Origin: a virus | Taxonomy: Duplodnaviria > Caudoviricetes | Virus record (IMG/VR): IMGVR_UViG_3300020042_009394 | Coordinates: 1-52,406 of that record | Length of the DNA stretch: 52,406 nt | Strand: one strand, 5' to 3' | Shown here: piece after piece, positions 20,215-27,986 of the stretch | Layout of the letters: every line of letters starts with the position of its first letter | Numbering within the stretch: position 1 is the first letter of the stretch | The notes under the pieces: generated by a model | The model's input: the letters and a program-made list of their open reading frames with translations, nothing else | Told to the model about the DNA's origin: nothing | Database searches by the model: none | Program-made: the position numbers and the translations under genes

Positions 20215-21878
20215 TATTCTATTATTAAGTCTATTTTGTTTCCTTTAGCATCTACTGCATCTGATAATACAAAATAGAATAAACCTGCAGTATTTGTTAA
20301 TTGTACTTTAGGGGTGAATATTAATTTATATGGTGTACCAACTTTAATTCTAGCTGTTTTTAATTGATCAATAGAACCAAATGTTAATCTACCATTATTA
20401 TGAGTTGAAAAGTTAGTAATAGTTGAACCTGAATCAAATATAATATTATCTAATGTTAATTTAGATTCATCATAATTCATTATCACTTGTAATCCAGCTA
20501 ATTCTGCTTTAGTTAATGTTGTTGTTAATACAACCTTACCATTTTCTAATGTAGATGTTACACTTAATTTAGCAGTTTCAACAGCTTCAGTTCTATATGC
20601 CATTATAGATGATGAACTCATTGATTTTTTCATATTTACTTCACCATTAATTGAATTAGTGTATAAACCACTACTAATTCTACTAGCTATTACAGATGGA
20701 TCTGATGAGTGTGACCAGTTTAAATCTCCACCCCAAGCAAATACGGCATGTACTTCTTTTATTGGAGTATCAATCAATACTTTATTTTTAACAACACCAT
20801 CTAACCAGCTTTGATTTAATAATCCACTTTGCCATTTTACTGTTGTTGATGTATTAGAGGGGATTGTTGCTATTGTATTCATATTTTGTCCCATCACATG
20901 AGCAAACAATGCATATGAATCGGATTCGTTAAATGTACTATCATTTAATGTTATGTTACCTATTTTCTTTTCTAAATTAGGATATGTAAAGAAATTAGGT
21001 GTTCCACTAATATCAGTTTGAGAATGTCCTAAAAATGCTTTGTACGCATCTGATACAGTTATAATATTATTCATCCATGTTTTAGTCATTGTTGGACCAA
21101 CAAATACACCAACCGAATCACCAACTTTTACTTGTGTTGTGAATAATGCTTCACCACTAGCATCTAATGCTAATTGTGCTATCGGTGTTTTTGTCCAATC
21201 TATAGTACCATCTGTTTTAAGTGGCATTAATTGAACACTATGATCGGTAATAGTATATCCTTGTGGGAACAATACTTTAACTTTGAATTGAGATGTGTTA
21301 CCTGTTACATTTGTTAATGATAAATTAGTAGCACTACGAGTAATTGGTGTAATACTAGCAGATGCATTGTTAACAGCGTAAGCTAAGTCTAATTTATGAA
21401 TATCATTGTAAGTATTCTGATCTTTTAATATAAACTTTTGTGTTGCAATAGCTCCATCAATTGAGGTATCTGATCTTTGAACTGTTAATTGACCAGCATT
21501 CCAATCATTATTTACGGCATAACCCCAAGGAGTTGTTGCATATTGACTAGATAAATTAGTTTCAGCGATATTCGCTGCAGGAGTGAATTTATAATTGTTC
21601 CAACCTGTAAAAAATGTTTGGACTGATGTACCTTGTGAGAATGTTGTACTGCTTGGCACCATTGCTAATGCCTTGTTGTTAAATGAGTATCTCAACCAAA
21701 AATAACGAGGTGTTGTTGTACCCCTAGCTATTGTGTATTTTACAGTTAAAGTATCACCAACTTCATATGGTGGTGTTGGGGTAACTGATTGTGATACAGT
21801 AATCTGACTAAATGATGTTAACGATGTTAGGAATATTCCTAAAAATAATAATAATTTTTTCATGGTTTTATTTTTCAA
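20214..21878 (-). CDS. Secreted cohesin-like/dockerin-like/cohesin-like protein
   Basis: Signal peptide (start probably MKKLLL); VGDTLTV..LRYSFNNKAL; ITVSDAY..FNESDSY; LAGLQVIMNYDESKLTL. C-terminal half parallels the 759-aa neighbour. Confidence 0.65.
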   Translation of the reverse strand: MKNKTMKKLLLFLGIFLTSLTSFSQITVSQSVTPTPPYEVGDTLTVKYTIARGTTTPRYFWLRYSFNNKALAMVPSSTTFSQGTSVQTFFTGWNNYKFTPAANIAETNLSSQYATTPWGYAVNNDWNAGQLTVQRSDTSIDGAIATQKFILKDQNTYNDIHKLDLAYAVNNASASITPITRSATNLSLTNVTGNTSQFKVKVLFPQGYTITDHSVQLMPLKTDGTIDWTKTPIAQLALDASGEALFTTQVKVGDSVGVFVGPTMTKTWMNNIITVSDAYKAFLGHSQTDISGTPNFFTYPNLEKKIGNITLNDSTFNESDSYALFAHVMGQNMNTIATIPSNTSTTVKWQSGLLNQSWLDGVVKNKVLIDTPIKEVHAVFAWGGDLNWSHSSDPSVIASRISSGLYTNSINGEVNMKKSMSSSSIMAYRTEAVETAKLSVTSTLENGKVVLTTTLTKAELAGLQVIMNYDESKLTLDNIIFDSGSTITNFSTHNNGRLTFGSIDQLKTARIKVGTPYKLIFTPKVQLTNTAGLFYFVLSDAVDAKGNKIDLIIE

Positions 21879-22518
21879 ATAATTTTGTGACTAATTTATC
21901 ACAACCTTTTTTGAGAGCATTACTTAGTGAAGTTTGGTTAAATTGACCGCCTTCATCTACAAGTAAAGTAGATATAGAAATTTCAGATGAAGATTCTTCA
22001 ATAATTATTTCTTTTGCTTTAATACCATCTTTATATAAGATTCCTTTTAAACGAATAATGACTTCTTCTTCACCTTTATGGAAAACTGAAATATTTTTCT
22101 TAGTAGTTAATACATCTAGATAAATAATTTCAACACGTAATTTATTTACAGCGTCTGATGATAAATTGTAGCCTTTATCTTGTAAGTACTCTTCTAGTAC
22201 ATTTTTAACACCAAATTCTAAATTACGATTGCCTGCTAATTTACCAACAACTACTTTGTTAGTAACCTTTTCAACATAGATGTGTTCATCTGCGTTGTAC
22301 CAAATATTACCTGGAGAATTCTTAAATGTCCCGTCAATTTTATGACTAATTGCATTAGACATTTGTAAATTTTCTTCATAAGATTTAAAAAATTGGCAAT
22401 ATACGAAATATAACTGTATGGCTAAAGCAGCCATTACAAAGGATCCTAGTATATACATTATACCTAACCCAATCTTTTCACGCAGACTGATAGCCGGTGT
22501 AACTTGTTCTTGTTGCAT
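21868..22518 (-). CDS. Membrane-anchored alpha/beta protein (LptE/CsgG-like fold possible)
   Basis: N-terminal TM; IYVEKVTN..GVKNVLEEYLQDKGY..LRVEI..terminal helix. Confidence 0.45.
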   Translation of the reverse strand: MQQEQVTPAISLREKIGLGIMYILGSFVMAALAIQLYFVYCQFFKSYEENLQMSNAISHKIDGTFKNSPGNIWYNADEHIYVEKVTNKVVVGKLAGNRNLEFGVKNVLEEYLQDKGYNLSSDAVNKLRVEIIYLDVLTTKKNISVFHKGEEEVIIRLKGILYKDGIKAKEIIIEESSSEISISTLLVDEGGQFNQTSLSNALKKGCDKLVTKLFEK

Positions 22519-22556
22519 TTACTTTTAATTTTTAATGGTTCGAATATAAATATGCA

Positions 22557-22586
22557 AGAAGAAAGGCAACCATTTCTGGTTGCCTT
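22557..22586 (-). terminator. Intrinsic terminator of tmRNA
   Basis: AAGGCAACCA-GAAA-TGGTTGCCTT followed by a T-rich tract on the minus strand. Confidence 0.8.
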
Positions 22587-22593
22587 AAAATTG

Positions 22594-22981
22594 TGGAGGT
22601 GAAGGGAGTCGAACCCTTGTCCAAATGCGGATTTAATAAATCTCGTTCACAAGCTTAGTTAGTTTTTCTTAACTAACAAAATATGAAGTTTGATGTATGT
22701 GGGAATCATACTTCCAAATTACCTGGTTGTGGAATTATTTTATGAGGGCTCCACCCTAAGACCCCTTTATAGCTACTTCTGTTACTAAGCGTATGTAGTC
22801 CGGCTCTATTGTTTTGATTAGGCTGCTACAGCGTAATCAGCGCCAACGAAAGACATAGCGTCTTCGAAGGTCATTGTAGATAATTCTACGTCGTTTATTA
22901 TTCGATAGGTATTTACGGATTTCCATCTAACCCGGCTTGCAACTTACCAACTCATCGCACCTGTCAAAACCAGGCACCCCC
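22594..22981 (-). ncRNA. ssrA: tmRNA; tag ORF 22818-22892 encoding (A)DVELSTMTFEDAMSFVGADYAVAA
   Basis: 5' GGGGGTG..TTTTGACAGG; 3' T-arm AAGGG-TTCGACT-CCCTT-CACCTCCA; G3.U70 alanine pair; tag ends YAVAA-stop; CCA not encoded. Confidence 0.95.
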
Positions 22982-22986
22982 ATGTG

Positions 22987-23310
22987 TTAAATAACTTCTT
23001 CTTTTTTCTTTCTTTTTTTACCTTCTAATACTTTTTGAATATCAGCACACAATTCATATTCTTCTAATTTAATCAAATCATCCATACAATTACTTAACAA
23101 TTCTTTGTATTGTGATTTCTCAATGTTAAATATCATACCACTTGTGTCTTTAAAGGTAATATCAAATATATCTATTCGATCTTTACCTCGTTTATGAGCA
23201 CTAAGCACACATTTAACCATTTTAAGGATTAGATCACTATTTCTATCCTTCATCATTTGAAGGAATTGACGATTATTTTCTAATAATAAACAGTGACAAG
23301 CCATATCCAT
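22987..23310 (-). CDS. UVR (UvrB/UvrC-motif) domain protein
   Basis: C-terminal LIKLEEYELCADIQK; start moved to 23310 because the longer ORF overlaps tRNA-Leu. Confidence 0.6.
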   Translation of the reverse strand: MDMACHCLLLENNRQFLQMMKDRNSDLILKMVKCVLSAHKRGKDRIDIFDITFKDTSGMIFNIEKSQYKELLSNCMDDLIKLEEYELCADIQKVLEGKKRKKKEEVI

Positions 23311-23318
23311 AATTATTG

Positions 23319-23402
23319 TACCAGGAGAGGGAATCGAACCCTCACTCGCGTTGGCGAACAAGATTTTAAGTCTTGCGTGTCTACCTATTCCACCACCCCG
23401 GC
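23319..23402 (-). tRNA. trnL: tRNA-Leu(TAA)
   Basis: Cloverleaf; CAAGA-CT-TAA-AA-TCTTG anticodon arm; long variable arm; GGTTCGATTCC. Confidence 0.92.
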
Positions 23403-23462
23403 ATAAGACCCGATATCCGCGTTTTCATCTCACTCGGGTCATAATGAGCTTTCGACGGTTTG

Positions 23463-23621
23463 CTGTAGGGGGAGGATTCGAACCTCCACGCGGCGATTCA
23501 ATAAATGACATTCTTGCTAGCTAGCCTGTGGTCAACCCATTATCATTTATCTATCTCGAACTCCGCACCCTCGAGACGGGAGGGCATGTCTGCCAAGCGT
23601 ACGCCTTTTCACCACCCTACA
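23463..23621 (-). tRNA. Atypical 159-nt tRNA-Asp(GTC)-like RNA with giant variable arm
   Basis: TGTAGGG/CCCTACA acceptor with G73; CCCTC-CCGTCTC-GAGGG anticodon arm; GGAGG-TTCGAAT-CCTCC T arm; ~80-nt paired insert. Confidence 0.7.
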
Positions 23622-23633
23622 ATTCCTGCTTAA

Positions 23634-23843
23634 CTATTGTTTGAAATGCATTTCAAGCGCTCTAATCCTATCTTCAGCATCAACTAACATTGTAAGCGCT
23701 TCTTCAGCGTTATTGTAGAAGTCTTTTGTTGAATGATCACCAATACCAGCGGCATGATAAGATAATAGGTCTAAAGTTAATAGAGCTTTTGCTTTATCAG
23801 CTATTGCTGATGACATAAGCATGTCGTATAATTCTTTTTTCAT
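23634..23843 (-). CDS. Hypothetical helical protein within the tRNA cluster
   Basis: 69-aa ORF with promoter motif at 23850-23873. Confidence 0.7.
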   Translation of the reverse strand: MKKELYDMLMSSAIADKAKALLTLDLLSYHAAGIGDHSTKDFYNNAEEALTMLVDAEDRIRALEMHFKQ

Positions 23844-23920
23844 ATATTATTAATTTACAATTTTATTTTTGCCCGTCCAACATTTTTTTAAATTCCCTTA
23901 TGTCAAATAAACGTTGCACG

Positions 23921-23994
23921 TGGGCCTGGTAGGAATCGAACCTACTACCTTCACATTATGAGTGTGTTGCTCTAACCGATTGAGCTACAGGCCC
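23921..23994 (-). tRNA. tRNA(CAT), probably Ile2 (lysidine type)
   Basis: GGGCCTGTAGCTCA..TTAGAGCA..CT-CAT-AA; lacks the initiator GGG/CCC anticodon stem. Confidence 0.85.
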
Positions 23995-24000
23995 TTGTTG

Positions 24001-24072
24001 AGCTCCCACTCGGAATCGAACCAAGTTATCATGATTACAAGTCATGCGCATCGCCTGCAATGCTTTAGGAGC
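24001..24072 (-). tRNA. trnT: tRNA-Thr(TGT)
   Basis: CATGA-CT-TGT-AA-TCATG anticodon arm; GCTCCTA/TGGGAGC acceptor. Confidence 0.9.
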
Positions 24073-24081
24073 ATTAATATG

Positions 24082-24166
24082 CGGAAAGACAGGGATTCGA
24101 ACCCCAGATACCTTTCAGTATGCCGGTTTTCAAGACCGGTGCATTCAACCACTCTGCCATCTTTCC
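24082..24166 (-). tRNA. trnS: tRNA-Ser(TGA)
   Basis: CCGGT-CT-TGA-AA-ACCGG; long variable arm; G73. Confidence 0.93.
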
Positions 24167-24285
24167 GTTTAACCTAGCACCATCTCTAGGTCATGTCCCT
24201 CTTAAAGTGTTACTTCTGACTACCAATGCATGGGCTGGGATTCTGTCTATGGTTGACGGTATACTACTCCGTTTTTAGCTTTGTG

Positions 24286-24357
24286 TACTCAGTACGGGAT
24301 TCGAACCCGTATTACATCCGTGAAAGGGATGTGACCTAACCCTTAGTCGAACTGAGC
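24286..24357 (-). tRNA. trnE: tRNA-Glu(TTC)
   Basis: CATCC-CT-TTC-AC-GGATG; ACGGG-TTCGAAT-CCCGT. Confidence 0.93.
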
Positions 24358-24363
24358 AGCTGT

Positions 24364-24591
24364 TTATTCAGCTTCTACAGAATCTAGTAAAATTACTTCA
24401 GCAATTTTAGCCTCAGATGCTGATTTTACTTCAAACTCACTTTCTCCTCTGCTTACTAAATATTGTACTGTTCTAGCTTCTGCTTCAGTTACTGACTGGG
24501 CATCAACTAAATAATTTACATTTTGTTTTTTTACTTTACCTCTATCGTCTTCAGTTGTAAACTGAACTTTTACTTGAAAGAATTGTGCCAT
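24364..24591 (-). CDS. DUF4494-like protein (Bacteroidota family)
   Basis: FQVKVQF...YLVDAQSVTEAEAR...FEVKS pattern. Confidence 0.75.
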   Translation of the reverse strand: MAQFFQVKVQFTTEDDRGKVKKQNVNYLVDAQSVTEAEARTVQYLVSRGESEFEVKSASEAKIAEVILLDSVEAE

Positions 24592-24597
24592 GTTATT

Positions 24598-24885
24598 TTA
24601 TTTTTTTGTGTAAACTGAATAATCGTAAATTTGAGCTCTATATTTGAGTAGTGCTTTTTGGAATCTGGTACGGTTTCTGTAATCTTCTAATGATTCGTTT
24701 TCTCTACGAGCAGGACCAATTCCTGAGTAATAATTAATCATTTCATTGTTCAATTTTACCTCATTAGCGAAAAACATCATTTTAGCCATGTTTTTAGAAC
24801 CAAAGGGTTGATGACCAATTTTGTACATTTGATTTAATTCTTCGGGTAGTTCGTAACCAGCGTATTGGTTGTGTAATCCTTCCAT
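24598..24885 (-). CDS. Hypothetical protein
   Basis: ORF track; GPARRENESLEDYRNR segment. Confidence 0.65.
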   Translation of the reverse strand: MEGLHNQYAGYELPEELNQMYKIGHQPFGSKNMAKMMFFANEVKLNNEMINYYSGIGPARRENESLEDYRNRTRFQKALLKYRAQIYDYSVYTKK

Positions 24886-24923
24886 ATTTTATAACTTTAT
24901 TTAATGTAAATATACGACGGGTA

Positions 24924-25517
24924 TTATAGGATTCCAAGCGCTTTCATATTTTCTATTTGATCATCTGAAAGTTGGAAATCTGGTTCCTCTACTTTGAATT
25001 TATTAGTGGTGAAACTCTCAATTTTATCCACTTGATCCGGGGTAAACACGTCACCTATGAGTAAATAATAACAATTGTAACATAACAATTCTAAATTTTC
25101 TAAACGATAGTTGCGTTTATTGTTGTCTTTAAAATTAAGTAACAATGGTATTTTATAATCAGTTACTCGACGTTCACAGAATCCACAATTAGCACAATCC
25201 TCAGATATTTTATTTTCATAAATTAATCTATTCTTAATCTTTTCAGGATTAAAATGAGATGGATCCATTTGTCCATTTAATATCTGTTCTAAGGCAGGTT
25301 CTTTTTTAGCTCCAACTAAGTGTTTTGGAATACCCTTACCAGACTGGTTAAAATGGGTATCGAATAGTGTTTTACCAGTTTCATCATCATTGTAAAGCTT
25401 AGCGTATGCTTTATAGTGAGTGTAAGAACAATCTAAGTAACGAGCAGCGGCTCTGTTACTACGAGTGTGTCTCATAGCCCTTAAGATGTCATCTTTCGAA
25501 AACGGTTTTGGTTTCAT
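24924..25517 (-). CDS. HTH plus degenerate HNH/zinc-finger protein
   Basis: SNRAAARYLDCSY helix-turn-helix; CANCG...LLLNFKDNNKRNYRLENLELLCYNC. Confidence 0.7.
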   Translation of the reverse strand: MKPKPFSKDDILRAMRHTRSNRAAARYLDCSYTHYKAYAKLYNDDETGKTLFDTHFNQSGKGIPKHLVGAKKEPALEQILNGQMDPSHFNPEKIKNRLIYENKISEDCANCGFCERRVTDYKIPLLLNFKDNNKRNYRLENLELLCYNCYYLLIGDVFTPDQVDKIESFTTNKFKVEEPDFQLSDDQIENMKALGIL

Positions 25518-25519
25518 AA

Positions 25520-25933
25520 CTATTTTTTCTTCTTATCATTTCCTTTTATAACTTGCAACAACATCCATAAATCATCTGGATTTTGTAAGAGTATTTCGTT
25601 ACCATTAGGATCAACTAAAGATTGTATATTTCCCTCAGGGTCAATTCTATCATACAGATAGAAAAATATTAATTCAGATGCTTCTTTTCCAAAATGTAAT
25701 ACAATCAAATTATCAATAGCCTCATAAAACACATCGTCATATTTAGTAAGATCTAAATGAAAATCACTATCTAATAAATAAGCTCTTGCATTTGCTTGTT
25801 CTAGATTAATTATAATTTTATTAAATGATTCTCTAGTAGCATCCTCTTGTGTTTTTTTCCTTCTTGTAAGAGTTGTATCAGAACCTAAAATTAAATCTAT
25901 TGATTTTTTTGCATCATCAATATTTCCTTCCAT
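25520..25933 (-). CDS. Hypothetical protein
   Basis: ORF track. Confidence 0.65.
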   Translation of the reverse strand: MEGNIDDAKKSIDLILGSDTTLTRRKKTQEDATRESFNKIIINLEQANARAYLLDSDFHLDLTKYDDVFYEAIDNLIVLHFGKEASELIFFYLYDRIDPEGNIQSLVDPNGNEILLQNPDDLWMLLQVIKGNDKKKK

Positions 25934-25935
25934 AA

Positions 25936-26235
25936 CTAAATTTGTTTTATTAAATCCCTTATTTCAATACATCTATCGTAATCTTCACTCTCAACATAAT
26001 GTTCTAATAGATTTTCAAGAGTTGGTTGCCATTTTTCCTTTTCTAATTCTAAATAGGAAGTTGTACCAGCAATTTGAAATAAAGAAATTGATTTTTTATT
26101 TTTTTGAATTCCATCTCTTATAGCAAATATTGTTTCCTCTATAACTGCCTTTCTAATTGCAGGGTGTGTACTTACTTGTTCATAGGTCGTCCCATCCCCA
26201 AGTGATATTTTGAACACCGGAATTCTCCTTTTCAT
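25936..26235 (-). CDS. UVR-motif protein, probable paralog of 22987-23310
   Basis: KSISLFQI..LELEKEKWQPTLENLLEHYVESEDYDRCIEIRD parallels DRIDIFDI..FNIEKSQYKELLSNCMDDLIKLEEYELCADIQK. Confidence 0.65.
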   Translation of the reverse strand: MKRRIPVFKISLGDGTTYEQVSTHPAIRKAVIEETIFAIRDGIQKNKKSISLFQIAGTTSYLELEKEKWQPTLENLLEHYVESEDYDRCIEIRDLIKQI

Positions 26236-26256
26236 ATTATTTCTTTTTAACAGTGA

Positions 26257-26598
26257 TTACTCAGCTGTAACTTCTTCCTCAGGTGCTGGAGGAGCTTCTA
26301 CTGGAGCTTCTACAGGTTGTTCTTCAGGCATAATTGCCTTTTTGATCATTAATCTAATATCCTGAATAGGGATTAAGAAACCAATAACATTATCAAAAGG
26401 TACATCTGTATCCATATTTGCCGTTAGATTATATTGTTGCAAACCTTGGTTTAATTTAGATTGTAACTTTTGAGTCATAGCCGCTTTATCATCACCCATT
26501 AATGTTTGAGGTAATGCAAATTGCACTTTAATACCTTTTTTAGTTGGGTTATGGTTTACGTCTACTTTAAGTTTTGGTTTTATATTCAAATCTGCCAT
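26257..26598 (-). CDS. Hypothetical protein with acidic Pro-rich tail
   Basis: ORF track; ATATTTAT box upstream. Confidence 0.65.
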   Translation of the reverse strand: MADLNIKPKLKVDVNHNPTKKGIKVQFALPQTLMGDDKAAMTQKLQSKLNQGLQQYNLTANMDTDVPFDNVIGFLIPIQDIRLMIKKAIMPEEQPVEAPVEAPPAPEEEVTAE

Positions 26599-26625
26599 TA
26601 TAATGTGTTTATATATAAATATTAA

Positions 26626-27168
26626 TTATTCTAGTATCTCATCAACCAAACCGTATTTATGTGCTGTTTGAACATCGAAATACCATTCAGCTTGTTTATC
26701 TCTATGAGGTTGTAATATTTTAGGTGTTAATTTTGTTTTAGAAATCAGATAAGTATCACATAATTTATCAATACGTTCTGTTTCTTTTAATTCTTGTTTA
26801 TGGAATGCTACTTTACCATTTATTTCATATGCGGCTTCATGATACATGAATGTCGAATATTTACTCGCAATTCTGTGGTGCCCCGCTGCATATATTATTA
26901 AAGCCATAGACATTGCTGTACCGTGGCATATAGTATGGATTGGAGTCTGCGAGTTATCAATTACATCAATTAAAGCTAACCCACTGAATACTTCCCCACC
27001 AAATGAATTGATAATGAGTTTAATTGGTTCTACTGTTTGCTTTTTAGCGTCCTCATTATTAATCTCATATATATCTTGTATAATTTGATTAACTGTGATA
27101 CATTCAATATCTCCCAACGTTATGATCCGACTTAATGGATCTAATTTAGAACGACGCTCTCTTGACAT
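26626..27168 (-). CDS. clpP: Clp protease proteolytic subunit
   Basis: INSFGGEV, GTAMSMA (catalytic Ser), MYHE (His), W-x-DVQTAHKYGLVDEI. Confidence 0.9.
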   Translation of the reverse strand: MSRERRSKLDPLSRIITLGDIECITVNQIIQDIYEINNEDAKKQTVEPIKLIINSFGGEVFSGLALIDVIDNSQTPIHTICHGTAMSMALIIYAAGHHRIASKYSTFMYHEAAYEINGKVAFHKQELKETERIDKLCDTYLISKTKLTPKILQPHRDKQAEWYFDVQTAHKYGLVDEILE

Positions 27169-27203
27169 AATTTACAATTTTCTCTTATAAATATAAGTAC
27201 AAA

Positions 27204-27986
27204 TTATTGCTTAAACAAAGGAGGGCAATTAGAATTTGTTTCGCCGTTTCTATACCCGTAGAAACCCCATTTATATTTAAAATATTCATGGCATTCTTTT
27301 TCAATTAATCCCTTCTGGTACGTTACTTCGGGTTCTATTTTTCTAGTACCTACTGATACGAAATGATAGAAGTGAGTATTATAAGTTCTCTTCATCTCCA
27401 TTCCTGACATTTCACATTGCATAAAGAACTCCCAATCAACAACCCAAGGACCAGGATATGTTTCATCCCAACCTCCAACTTGAAGATATTTAGTTTTATT
27501 CATGAATATAGGAAGAGTTGAACCACAATTATCAGATTCTTTTCTATTAACTGTTGATGTATAATCCCAAAAACTAACAAGATCAAAATCCTCTACATTC
27601 CCTAGTGGATGAACTACAAATTGTTTAAAGATTCCTGGATTAGGTTCTATTTGGTTTGGAGCCCAAACAATATTTGGGTCATATATTTCTTCTAACTTAG
27701 CGTCCCAATCTTTATCAAATACATTATCATCATTTACGATTAATATTTTATCTGATGTTGCGTTATATACTCCAAAATTTGTTGCTGTATTTAATCCTCT
27801 ATTTTCAGGAAGACTAAGTACATCAATATGTTTAGAGTATTTGTCTAATACTTCTTTATTAATATCGTAAAAACCATCTACAACAACTATAATTTGATTT
27901 TTATGAGCAGCCCCATTGATTGCTGAATTTAGACATACGTCTAAAGCATGAGGTTCTTTATATGTTGGGATTATTACTGATATCAT
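27204..27986 (-). CDS. Glycosyltransferase family 2
   Basis: ISVIIPTY, IIVVVDG, NDD (DxD-like), VGGWDE. Confidence 0.88.
   Translation of the reverse strand: MISVIIPTYKEPHALDVCLNSAINGAAHKNQIIVVVDGFYDINKEVLDKYSKHIDVLSLPENRGLNTATNFGVYNATSDKILIVNDDNVFDKDWDAKLEEIYDPNIVWAPNQIEPNPGIFKQFVVHPLGNVEDFDLVSFWDYTSTVNRKESDNCGSTLPIFMNKTKYLQVGGWDETYPGPWVVDWEFFMQCEMSGMEMKRTYNTHFYHFVSVGTRKIEPEVTYQKGLIEKECHEYFKYKWGFYGYRNGETNSNCPPLFKQ

Noticed and set aside
23311-23361. N-terminal extension of ORF 22987-23361
   Set aside because: Overlaps tRNA-Leu; the ATG at 23310 is the plausible start.
23962-24177. Plus-strand 71-aa ORF
   Set aside because: Antisense to three tRNA genes.
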